From Octopus bimaculoides (taxonomy: Eukaryota): a DNA stretch of 64,000 nt. Below are positions 36,162-48,344 of the stretch, one piece after another. The translations under genes were made by a program, and so were the position numbers. The DNA is taken from positions 17,783,785-17,847,784 of the forward strand of contig NC_068993.1 in NCBI RefSeq assembly GCF_001194135.2, given 5' to 3'. The notes below the pieces were generated by a model that worked only from the letters and a program-made list of their open reading frames with translations, had not been told where the DNA came from and did no database searches. Within the stretch, counting starts at the first letter, position 1. Every line of letters starts with the position of its first letter.

Positions 36162-36712
36162 CCGTATATACTCGAATAATAGTCAACGTCATGTAAAAGT
36201 CGACCCTAGTATTTCACGAACAACAGGAAAAGTTTGTGGGTCAAGGTACCGTATTATCTTGTACGTAGAAATAACACTTACAAAATTGTGTGTCTACCTT
36301 ACTGTAGCCTGCTCTATAGCTGGAATGCTTATATGATATGATAACACCTAGACCGAAATGCATTGATGTTATATTATGGGATATAAATTGATTTCACTCA
36401 GCTAGTCTGTTAAGTTTGATGGATAAAAGAGAAAGTGTAAATATTTATAAGAGCTACATGGTCTTGTTTATGGATTTTGTTATTTACTAGGATGTGTGTT
36501 TTGATGCATAGAATTGGTAATATAACTGTAAGTCAATGTGTTTTTGTTTTTATTCACTTGGAGGTCAGTTGGGCTTCTGCTGCTGATATGGTACTTTGGA
36601 TTGTAGCTTGAATTCCAGTCCCTCAAAAGTAGTATCCATATAATAGTCGACCCCATAAATTTAATCTTAAAAAATGGTCCAAAATTTTCGACTTTTACAT
36701 GAATATATATGG
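36162..36712. mobile_element. Non-autonomous Tc2/pogo-like DNA element
   Basis: TA|CCGTATATACTCGAATAATAGTC ... GACTTTTACATGAATATATATGG|TA; degenerate TIR; subterminal AA(A/T)AGTCGACC repeats. Confidence 0.65.
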
Positions 36713-37285
36713 TAGATATTTATATCAAATTTATATTTATAATATATTTATTGTAGAATGAATCGTAGAGTAATAGGAATATTTGTTCTGTAATTATTAC
36801 TTATTGGTTTTTGCTTGACCTAACCTTTCTGCAAAGAAAATAACTTATAGCCATAAAAACAGGATGTGTGAGATTACATACGAATTTTCTAATTTGCATA
36901 TTGGCACTAATTTGACAGTTATTAATTTGAAAAAGAAAGGTTCTTAGAACTTGACACAGTCCCCAAAATTCATTCCACATTGAAATTATATTTTTAAGAT
37001 TATACCTTGGCATAATGAATTGTTGGTTTCCATGCAGTTTTGACGTAAACACATATGGTGTTATTACAACAGATATTCAAAAAAAAATTTGTTCTCTTCT
37101 TTTTATTTTGAAGGCCGTTTTATTTTATAAAGATATAGGCACAGGCGTGGATGTGTAGTTAGAAGCTTGTTTCCCAGCTATATGGGTCCAGGTTCAGTTC
37201 CACTGTGTGGCACCTTGGGCAAGTGTCTACTCTAACCCTGGGCCAACCAAAGCCTTGTGAGTGGATTTGGTAGAAACTGAAAGAA

Positions 37286-37516
37286 GGCGGTGAACTGGCA
37301 GAAACGTTACCTCGCCGGGTGAAATGCTCAGCAGTATTTCGTCTGCCGTTACGTTCTGAGTTCAAATTCCGCCAAGGTCAACTTTGCCTTTCATCCTTTC
37401 GGGGTCGATAAATTAAGTACCAGTCAAGTACTGGGGTCGATGTAATCGACTTAGTCCCTTTGTCTGTCCTTGTTTGTCCCCTCTATGTTTAACCCCTTGT
37501 GGGCAATAAAGAAATA
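37286..37516 (+). mobile_element. SINE family B, GAAATAA-tailed variant, inserted in a family C element
   Basis: TSD AGAAACTGAAAGAA (37272-37285) and AGAAACTGAACGAA (37517-37530); CpG-rich, low divergence. Confidence 0.88.
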
Positions 37517-37849
37517 AGAAACTGAACGAAGCATGTTTTATATGTATGTATATATATCTATGTGTGTGTGTGTCTCTATGACAACTGGTGTTGGTTTGTT
37601 TATGTCCTTGTTACTAGCAGTTCAGCAAAAGCAAGCAATAGGATAAGTATCTGACATTTAAAAAAAATATAACAAGTTTAACTAAACCTTTGAAGGTTGT
37701 GCCCTGCATGGCGACAGTCCAGTGACTGAAGCAAGTAAAAGATACGAAAGTTTACCATTCACTTACATGCATTGTTTTATTGAAACTGTTGAAATCCTTT
37801 GTTGTGTGTTTGAAGTGTGTAAATGAAAGATATTATGCTTTTCTTTCAG

Positions 37850-37945
37850 GCCGTGAACTGTGCGAAAAGGAAAAAGTTACACCTCAAATAGTATCTAATT
37901 GGTTCAATAACCGACGTAAAGAAATGAAAAAATTGGCCAAAGAAG
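37850..37945 (+). CDS. HMBOX1: HMBOX1-like exon 5, homeodomain insertion and recognition helix
   Basis: cttttctttcag| and GAAG|gtaatt; 96 nt, phase 1 to 1. Reads GRELCEKEKVTPQIVSNWFNNRRKEMKKLAKE. The YP-to-WF spacing shows a 15-aa insertion, which is the HMBOX type (HNF1 has 21). Confidence 0.94.
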
Positions 37946-38244
37946 GTAATTTTTTTAAGATGATTTCTTCATATTTATCACAAATATTTCCTGGAGACTA
38001 TTAAACCAATTATTTACGAATGAAATGGAGTTTTTTCCCCTGTATATTTACTGCAGCTTTGCTATTAAAAAGGCATCAAGCTAAAGGAACCATGTCAAAA
38101 CAGACACTGGAATATGATGCAATCCTTGGGTCCATCAGATCCTCTCAAATCATCTCACCCATTCTAGCATCAATATATATATATATGATTGATTCAAAAC
38201 AATGTGAATAAATAAGAATTGCATTTAACAGAGTAATCTTAATG

Positions 38245-38286
<42 letters not shown>

Positions 38287-38297
38287 NNNNNNNNNNG

Positions 38298-38328
<31 letters not shown>

Positions 38329-38526
38329 GTATATAAAAGAGACCACTAAGTGGTCTGTTAATGTGCTAGAAAAAGATCACTTAAAAAAATTCTCAAAGAT
38401 TCAGCGGAGCAAAAACAGGCGGGTGAGAATTTTTACCCTATTGTGTTAATTAACCAAAATTGATATTAATTAAATTGATATTAATTAATATCGAATTTTT
38501 ATCCTATTATATATATATATATATAT

Positions 38527-38620
38527 CTTTCCTTTCCCGAGCGTCTAGTAACACAATCTGTATCATGTCCTCACGTTGTCTTTTTGTTGTTGTTTTTTTG
38601 TCTTTTTCCTTTTTTGAACT
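38527..38620 (+). mobile_element. Truncated copy of the Penelope-like repeat at 52391-52580
   Basis: TTCCCGAGCGTC...TGTCCTC...TTGTTGTTGTTTTTT matches the reverse complement of 52400-52480; flanked by (TA)n. Confidence 0.55.
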
Positions 38621-38962
38621 TATATATATATATATATATTGGGTATGGTAGGTGAATTCAGCAAAAATTTAGATTCGGGTGACTGTGGTACTTAAGTTGA
38701 GGCACCAGAATTTAGTACAGTATTATCCATACAATTTCAAAGTAAGGTGATTAAAATCAAAATAAGCAACAAGGATATCCAGAGGTAATACAGTATATAA
38801 TAAACAACACTATTTATTCACAAATGCATATTTTTTTTTATTAAGCAAAGAGAGATAATTTCTGTCATTTCACTTAACCTGCTTATGTCCCTTTATTTTA
38901 TCCATTTATCCTTTTACTTATGTATTCTGTCTTCCTTTCTCTATTTTTTCTCTCTTGATTAG

Positions 38963-39267
38963 GAGGTCTTGACTGCTCCCAGATCCTGTTGCCAAGCAGA
39001 GTACGCCAGAGGTCATACATGATAGATTTGGAAAACCAGGGAGAAAATACTACAAATGATAGAATATGTACGCCGTCACCAAAACCATCAGAAGGAAATG
39101 ACGAGCACTCTAGTTTTGCTGCAGATGTTGCTGCTGTAAACCGAGCAATAAGTGCACTATCAGGTGAACCTCTAGATGGACCAATTCAGGTGAAACAGGA
39201 ACCTGTAAGTGACAGTGATGAAAAGTCTCAGTCTTCCCAGCATTCTCTACCAATTGCTGTAGAATGA
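38963..39267 (+). CDS. HMBOX1: HMBOX1-like terminal coding exon
   Basis: Long pyrimidine tract ending tctcttgattag|; phase 1; stop TGA at 39265-39267. Contains SFAADVAAVNRAISALS...VKQE, matching the recalled HMBOX1 C-terminus SLAVEMAAVNHTILALA...IKTE. Confidence 0.88.
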
Positions 39268-39537
39268 AAAAGAGGCTGCTGTCAATAGGAGAAAAAGATT
39301 TGAAAAAGAGGATTTTTTTGACAATGAATTTTTTTTAATGCATTATTTAGGTTACATACCATAATCATTTGGTGTACAGTTGCACATTGGAAAAGAAAGA
39401 AAAAAAAAGAGGAAGCCGGTTTTGAAAAACTGCTTCATCTTGTGTTCTTTTCCCAGTTCATTATATTCTTTTAAATTCATGTTTTACAACATACCAAGAT
39501 TTTTTTTTTTTTAATTCAAGTCAAAGCTATGGGGAGG

Positions 39538-40169
39538 NNNNNNNNNNNNNNNNNNNNNNNNNNNNNNNNNNNNNNNNNNNNNNNNNNNNNNNNNNNNNNN
39601 NNNNNNNNNNNNNNNNNNNNNNNNNNNNNNNNNNNNNNNNNNNNNNNNNNNNNNNNNNNNNNNNNNNNNNNNNNNNNNNNNNNNNNNNNNNNNNNNNNNN
39701 NNNNNNNNNNNNNNNNNNNNNNNNNNNNNNNNNNNNNNNNNNNNNNNNNNNNNNNNNNNNNNNNNNNNNNNNNNNNNNNNNNNNNNNNNNNNNNNNNNNN
39801 NNNNNNNNNNNNNNNNNNNNNNNNNNNNNNNNNNNNNNNNNNNNNNNNNNNNNNNNNNNNNNNNNNNNNNNNNNNNNNNNNNNNNNNNNNNNNNNNNNNN
39901 NNNNNNNNNNNNNNNNNNNNNNNNNNNNNNNNNNNNNNNNNNNNNNNNNNNNNNNNNNNNNNNNNNNNNNNNNNNNNNNNNNNNNNNNNNNNNNNNNNNN
40001 NNNNNNNNNNNNNNNNNNNNNNNNNNNNNNNNNNNNNNNNNNNNNNNNNNNNNNNNNNNNNNNNNNNNNNNNNNNNNNNNNNNNNNNNNNNNNNNNNNNN
40101 NNNNNNNNNNNNNNNNNNNNNNNNNNNNNNNNNNNNNNNNNNNNNNNNNNNNNNNNNNNNNNNNNNNNN
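39538..40169. other. Assembly gap in the presumed HMBOX1 3' UTR
   Basis: Run of N starting 270 nt after the stop codon. Confidence 0.99.
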
Positions 40170-40859
40170 AAAACACCCAAAATTAAACAAATTAGTATGA
40201 TGATGTCATTCCATTAGTAAAAATGATTTACAAAAAAAACACCCACAATTAAACCTGACCTCTATTTTGAGTATTACGTTTCTCAAGTGATGTTCGACTG
40301 AAGGCTGGAAATGTGCATCTGATGGTGTCTGGTCTCTCTTCAAATGAGCCCCACAATCAACATTTTGTTGAAGTGTTGAGTATGTTTAACCTTGGTCTCT
40401 TATGTTATGTATGTGTGTGTGTACATATATATATATATATATAATATATATGTGCGTGTATATATGACGTGTGTGTGTATTGAGAAAAAGTGCTCAATAC
40501 TTATCTTTATTAATTTACATGCAGCTGAAGCTTCTTGTTTCTGTTATGTTCTTCGAGATGCTGCTTTCACTCGAGGAATGCGGCAGGACTGGAAAGCTTT
40601 GTGTCTGATTGTAATGAAACTTCAGCTTTTAACAAATCAAGACACATGCATACATATATGTGTGTGTGTGCATTTGTGTATGTATTTATGCCTACATGTG
40701 TGTGTATGCATATCTATGTATATATATCTGTGTGTGTATGTGTGTGCGTGCTAGGTATTGTTATCAGACTACCATCGCTCAGGGTTCTGTATGTTATTTC
40801 AGTTGATCACTTAGGAGAAGCTACAACATAATCTCTCAGTTAAATACTTCTTCAATCTG

Positions 40860-40914
<55 letters not shown>

Positions 40915-41213
40915 CATTATTACTATTATTATTATTATTATTAATTTTCATCGTAATCATCATCATTAATAATAATAATAATATTAATAGTTATAACGTT
41001 TAGCCTACTGTCATACACAGCAATGCTGTATGTATTCTGTGAAATGAGCCTATGTTCTGGTTTCAATTTCCAGTTAAATCTGTTTCACATATGTTGCTAA
41101 TACCCTAGGTATAGTCATAAACAGCATGATTTCTCAAATCCCTTGTAAAACAAAAATTCAAAGCTTTATACCTATGTACAAATTATTATTATTATTATTA
41201 TTGCTACTACTAC

Positions 41214-41247
<34 letters not shown>

Positions 41248-41584
41248 TAATATAACACAGTCAATAATGAGATCAAATCAGTCAGAGCATGATAAAGTCA
41301 AGCAATATTTACTAGAGTATTATGATGCTTTGATAACTACTCAAATGCACTGTAGAATATTAATTTGTTGTGAATTAATTTTGTACTGATTTGAATTCCT
41401 TTTGAATACTCAAGGAAAAATGTAAATGTAAATTTCAGTTTTGAAATTTTGAAATTGGAAAGAAAAAAAAAAAAATCTAAGTAAAAAAAATTTGTAAAAA
41501 TAACTAATTGAATGAATAGCATACTAAAGATATAGGTGAATTTCATACATTCACATACAACAATATATACATATATATATTCAT

Positions 41585-41616
<32 letters not shown>

Positions 41617-41716
41617 GTTAACATGTACATAATATGTACACACATATATATATAAATATATATATATACCTACATATATACATATACATACACATGCATG
41701 CATATGTATGTATCTA

Positions 41717-41775
<59 letters not shown>

Positions 41776-43571
41776 ACACATGTACGTACATACATACATA
41801 TTACATCTGCACACAAGTGAAATGGTGCATTACTTAAAGCAAGAGAATGATTGATAGAGTTGAGGTTACTGAAATTTTTAACTAAAATCCACGGGTAAAA
41901 ACTAAACTATTTGATAGACTTAAGGAACCATCTGCTGTCTTCTTTCAGGATAATACAACCTAAATTGCCTTAGCTTTCCCCCAGCTGAATGCAGGCTAGG
42001 CTCTTGCTGGAATTAACTCAGGGACTTATTTCAGAAGAACTAACATATTAACATGGATATATATATTAAAAAAAGAAAAACTTTAAAAAAAAGAACATTA
42101 TTTTCCTTCTTTCTCCCACCCCCCAACAAAAAAAAAGAAAGAAAACCAAAACAAAAGCAAGAAAAGAAAAAGCATCTATATATACATGCATTTATCGTAC
42201 ATTTGTATTTGTCTGTTTGATTTTTTTTTTAATCCATCTATTTATTTATTTCGTGTAGTGCTTGTGTGACTGCACAAATATCTCCATTTTACAGAATGTA
42301 TATTTTTAATTATATCAGTATATTTTGTTCTTTTTTTACACCTTTCGTCATTGGTTAAACAATTTGCTACATCAAAAATGATTTATATTTTCCCTTTTAT
42401 TCTTGATTATTTTTTTCTTTTCTCTACCTTTTTTTTTTTTTTACAAAACAGCACATGTCAGGTGAAAGATATTTTTTTTTATTATGTATGTGTACCTTTA
42501 AAAGATTCATGGCTGGTCAAATTGATCAGGTGTCAAGTAACCAACCAAAGGGTTTCCAGGTTTGTATGGTGCCACTAGCTACGTGCCAAGGCACTTAACA
42601 CTTACCAGCTTAATCCACCTAACTGTCAATAACTGGTATGAGTAGGTACAGCCTTACCACTGTATGCAAAGGAAGTACTGTAATAATTACAAGTGTTTCA
42701 TTAACTTTTATAACTGAGTTAACATTCTTTCAGGATGGGCTTTGCCAGGCTGTCTTGCTTTAGATACACTCAATGGAGGAAAAATCTTCATATGGTACCC
42801 CCATATCCCAATTGTCTTTTGATTCACTCACTTTTGAGAGATTATGTTTCAATGTATCTATACATAAACGTGTGTAAATACAAGCGTGTCTATGATGAAT
42901 AATTAAGCTATTATTGGGAAACACTGAGGTGGTGAACTGGCAGAATCATTACTCTGCTGGACTAAAATGCTTAGCGGTATTTCTTCCAGCTTTTTGCATT
43001 CTGAGTTCAAATGCTACTGAAGTCGATTTTTACTTTTCATCCTTTCAGGGTTGATAAAATAAGTTACCAACTGAGTATTGGTGGGGATCAATGTAATTGA
43101 CATATTCATTCCTTAAAATTGTTGGCCCTGTGCCAAAATTAGAATTATTTGGGAATACTGAATACTTCTCACACCAGACAAAAAAAAAATTTTTTTTAAT
43201 AAGCATCCCATCAAAAAAAGTTATTATACATGAACTATGATAGCTATTTTGGTTCAGGTTCGATGAGAAGACACTAGGGTTTCTGCAAAATATAGTGATG
43301 GATAAGCTAATAATATTCCAATGCATTTTGAGTTGTGTGTTTAATTTTTTTATTCCTAATTTAATTATATGCCTTTGAGGGGATTCTTAGTATTTGCAGA
43401 TATTAAGGCAATCTTATGGGGTAAAAAAATATGACCTCTTGATATGGAATTATAGAGGAATTTTGGTTAAACCATGTCATGGCTAAGATAAAATTTCTGA
43501 AAATTTTTTTATGGTGTCTAATGGATTTAGCACTGCCGAGTCTTTCAAAGACAGGTTTATGATTTGTTTAA

Positions 43572-43791
43572 CCCTTTAGCATTTAAACTGGCCATACCTG
43601 GCCTGAATATTCTTCCAGTTTTATGTTCAAACTGTCAAAATCTTCTCTTGACCCTACAATGTCATTCTAAAAATATACAATCACTTCATTGAAATCTCAG
43701 TTACAATATACTGCATGATTAATTCAAAACTATGTGAATTAAAAAGTATTAAAAGTATTAAAAATTTAATGGTAATCTGAATGCTAAAGGG
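43572..43791. mobile_element. Intact piggyBac-type MITE (P1)
   Basis: TTAA|CCCTTTAGCATT ... AATGCTAAAGGG|TTAA; perfect 12-bp TIR; 220 bp. Confidence 0.88.
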
Positions 43792-45084
43792 TTAATATCT
43801 TGCTAAATCTAATTTTATGGAAGAGAAATAAAAGAAAATTAATACTGTATTGTAACATTATATAATAGGGGCCTTTTTATGTAGTGACTCTCTGTGACAT
43901 TGAATGTATTTCTAAGATTCCTTAAGACTAAAATAGTTGGGAAATGCTAGTTAAGAACTATTGGAACAATGACTAGATAATCGTTAATTAAAAATCTTTT
44001 AAACCAAGGTACTTAACTTTGCCTGCTCCCATTTGTGTGACCAACAAAATACGGGTACAGAATTTTGCCGTTGAGTGGTCAGCAATGGGAAAAGGAGCTA
44101 GCTTTAAAAAGTAACCACCCCAGTAAAACACCCTCCCACCTGTGTTTATATAAGAGATATTATTTAAGAATGAATACTGCAGTGGGTTTGGCTTTCTGTG
44201 TTGTGCCTGCTTTGGGTATGATACACAGATTGCTGTTATAAAATAAAATTAATAATAATAATAATAATAATGTTATAAATATCTTCATTTTAGAATAGCA
44301 TGATAGTTCACTTGTAACTTCTTGATATAAGTAAATTATTAAAAAATAATATGAAGGGAGCTACTTTCAGTGTAGCAAAAAGAGAATTATTTGATTTTAA
44401 AAAAATCTTTTTTATGTATTTTGAGTGAATCATCTGACTACAGAAATAAAGTGGTTAATGAATTATTAGAAACCCTAAGATCACCATGGCAATCTCTGAT
44501 TCATAATTGATTGTTTTTTGTCTGTAGATGTGTGATTCACTCATACATAAAGAATTAATGAGCCATTCTCTGTTTGCATTGTAAGAAGCTCACCAACCCC
44601 TGCATCTCCGTGTTCATTTCTAAAATTATTCAGGAAATTCACAACTCTGGTATCTCCACCTATTTACAATACCATAGAAGTCTTGTAAATATCCGTTACC
44701 ATAGCAACATGATTTGTGTCACTCTGATTTGTAAATGGACAGGTATAACTATTAGGCATATCATGGTGTATTATTTGGATATTGTGATGATGATTTAAGA
44801 TTTTATTTTGTTTAAGGATGTGCTGTAAGTAGAGAATGGTGGAAGCCTATAGAAATAGTGTATTTGAAAAGTATTATTAAACAAATTCATTCACTGGGTA
44901 GTAATAATAATTTGTGCCTTAGAGTAATAGGAAGGTAAATTCCATGAGAGCTGAATCCACAATCCAGTTTTCATTACCATTTGTAACCATTGTTAAATAT
45001 CTGGAAAAACTGTCTAAGATGGGGTTCTTTTCTCTATATTCTGAACAGTTTTGATATTTTAACATTTATTATTGTTAGTTTTGC

Positions 45085-45289
45085 AAAAAGCAGTGAGATG
45101 GCAGGACTGTTAGCACACCAGACAAAATGCTTTGCAGCACTCTGTCCATTCTGAAATCAAATTCCACTGACTTTAACTTTCATCCTTTCAGGGGTCAATA
45201 AAATAAGTACCAGTTGGATGCTGGGTTAATGTAATCAACTTACCCCACTCTCCCAAACTTGCTTATTATTATTATTATTATTTTTTTTA

Positions 45290-45327
<38 letters not shown>

Positions 45328-45560
45328 CATTGTCAAGGCAGCAAGCTAGCAGAATCATTAGCACACCAGACACAAAAATGCTTAGCGGCATTTCATCTGT
45401 CTTTACATTCTGAGCTCAAATTCTACCAAGGTTTGACTTTGCCTTTCATCCTTTCAGGGGTCAATAAATTAAGTACCAGTTACACACTGGGGTTGATGTA
45501 ATTGACTAGCCTCCCTCTCCCCCGAAATTTCAGGCCTTGTGCCTATAACAGAAACAATTA
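45085..45560 (+). mobile_element. Two head-to-tail family B SINEs joined by (ATT)n
   Basis: Heads at ~45085 and ~45335; (ATT)n at ~45265-45330. Confidence 0.82.
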
Positions 45561-45857
45561 TTGTTAGAGTCTTTCATTCAATATTATATATAAAAAAAAA
45601 AATAGTGTTATTTGATTACTTTTCCTAATTGAAGGCATCCATATGATAAGTCCCTATATCTGGTCAGGGCTTTTTAGGTAATAGTTTGGAGGAGGAAAGC
45701 TACACTTTAGTGGCAAACCACTGTATGATAACTATTTATATTGAGCTGGAAGGATTAATCAGAATTATCAGATAAAGCTAACTACTAATTATATGTATAT
45801 ATATATATATATAAATTTAATAAATGGAGTAATATGCATATGTTAAATGAATTCTTT

Positions 45858-45949
45858 TATTTCCGACATATGTTTCGAAGATTACAAATGGTTTCTTCCA
45901 AAGGAATGAGTGATGTTGATAAAGATGTAATCTTCTCTTCAGGGAAATA
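45858..45949 (-). ncRNA. Type-I hammerhead ribozyme, complete canonical fold
   Basis: Minus strand UAUUUCC-CUGAAGA-GAAGAUUACA-(39 nt)-UGUAAUCUUC-GAAAC-AUAU-GUC/GGAAAUA. Stem I is 7 bp perfect, stem II 10 bp perfect, stem III AC/GU closed by palindromic AUAU, and all core nucleotides are canonical. Confidence 0.82.
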
Positions 45950-45993
45950 CATAGGATCCAACTTAACCGTAAGACATTTTAACCGAATATATA

Positions 45994-46099
45994 NNNNNNN
46001 NNNNNNNNNNNNNNNNNNNNNNNNNNNNNNNNNNNNNNNNNNNNNNNNNNNNNNNNNNNNNNNNNNNNNNNNNNNNNNNNNNNNNNNNNNNNNNNNNNN
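45994..46099. other. Assembly gap adjacent to the hammerhead element
   Basis: Run of N between (TA)n tracts. Confidence 0.99.
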
Positions 46100-48312
46100 T
46101 ATATATATATATATATGTATGTATGTATGATTTTTAAGTGCCTAGTCAGTAAATGAGATTTAGAAAGTTGGATATGTTTTGAACCCCTCACATATACAGA
46201 AACACATGATCATACACATATGCATGCTTACATATTAATATATTAATATGACTTCCAGAAGAGCAAATAAACATGTTCTGTTTGTCTATCTCTGTCTGTC
46301 TGTCTCTTTCTCTCTCTCTCTCTTTCTCTCTCACACACACATACGCACACACTGTCTGGATGCCTATGTTAATGTTTAATTTAAATACCATAGTATATTT
46401 ATAACTATTTCAGAATTACTGTTCAGTAATGTTTTGTCATTTAACACTGTAATGAATATTTGATGTGGTACCTTCAAGCAGATAGCTTCTGTTAAACATC
46501 AGTAAAAAATATAAAAATGATGTAATGAAAACAGAAAAATGAGTGAGTAGGAAATTTTTTTGTTTAAGGAACTATATATTTACAAATAACTTGTTCAAGT
46601 CTTTTGATATGAGACACAGTAAATATATACCATTTAACCCAGAAATTGAACTATTATACATACATATATATATTTATATACACACACACACATAACATAT
46701 AAACATGTCATGTAGTAAGAATATTTTCTTTTATTCCTATAATTCTAACTCCAAAGTTTACATACCATAGATATCTCTGAAAATCATGATGTAGGTATTT
46801 CTATAGTATCCCTGACCTTTCTGAAAACATCAAACTCGAGCTTGTGTAAACGTGTGTGCGTGCTGAGTGTTCAAGATGTTCATTTTGCAATCATGCCCAT
46901 GGTGTAGTACCTTGGATAATTGTTAATTGTCTTCTGTGGCATCGATTTGATCCATGCCTTGAGAGTACTGCACTTGGGCAGACAGAAACTATATGTAAAG
47001 GTAAAGTTACATTCTCGAGTCATGTTGACTTGTGAGGGCCAGTTTCCATGGCGTGCAAACTTCCCACCTAGACGGAATGCTGGTCCATCACTGGATTACA
47101 CATTTTGTCAGCTGAGTGGACTGGAGCAATGTGAAATGAAGTGTTTTACTCAAAAACACAACACATTGCCTGGTCCAAGAATTGAAACCACAATCTTATG
47201 ATCAGTAGTCCAACACCCTAACCACTAAACCACACACCTCTACAGACAGAAACTATGCGAGAAATCCACTGGTTGGTCTGTACCAGTCTTAATTCAAATG
47301 ACCTAACTTTGTCATACAGTATTACACTGAGTCTTCTTCAGGATTACTTTAAAGCTACAAATGTCTGTGGCGTTCTCAACCACTTAAGCTTTCAATCAAC
47401 AGGTAGTTCATTTGATTAAGAAACTGGAATGTCCTATGTTAGTATATATATATTTGTGTTGATGTTTGTATGTATATAAATAAATACATGATCATAAGCC
47501 TTAGGGCTGCTCATCAGGCCAGTTAGCTATTTCCATGACGTGTAAGAGACTAAGCTTACAACATTCCCCATGAACAGGACACCAGCCTGTCGCAGGGTTA
47601 CTCATTTACAGCTGAGTGGACTGGAGATTAGTGAAATAAAGTGTTTTGCTCAAAAATACAATGCATTCATTACTCAGTCTGGGGGATCAAAATCATGGTC
47701 TGATGATCAGAAGTACAACACCCAACAACTAGACCACTCACCTTCGTGAGTATCATGGTGTGTATATAAATATTTGTGAGAGCATTGTAGAATGATGGTG
47801 GTTAGCTTTTGTTTCCTTGTCTCAATTTGTCCTTCCTTTTGTTCTACATTCTCTGCTGCCAGCTAGATGGAACAGAGAGCTTCAGTGCCTTACATTTATT
47901 ATAGTATAGTGCTAGTAAGAATATATATGACCTTACAACATTTTGTTTGGAAGCTTTTGTGATTATCTCATCTGTCATTGTACTCTTTTTCTATGTGTAC
48001 ATGTACATGCATTCATCTTCTTGCATACATGTATGTATATATATATATATGTGTGTATATGCATGTGCATATAAATATATGCATGTGTATATGCATGTAT
48101 GTAGGTATGTATATATGAGGGTGTGCTGAATAGTTCCTGGTTTTAAGGGTATTACAAAAGGCCTGGCTGGAAGCCCAACTTTCCAAGTTCTTTTACAAGA
48201 CCACTGCAATAAGTGTGTCAATCTGAGAGAGAATATATTGAATAAATTCATAATTAACTGATCCTCCTGTATTTTCTTTTATCCAAGGCCTGGAACTTTT
48301 CAGTGCCGCCCC

Positions 48313-48344
<32 letters not shown>

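Noticed and set aside
40197-40258. C/D-box snoRNA (ATGATGA...CTGA)
   Set aside because: No terminal stem, no recognisable rRNA guide, and such boxes occur by chance in AT-rich DNA.
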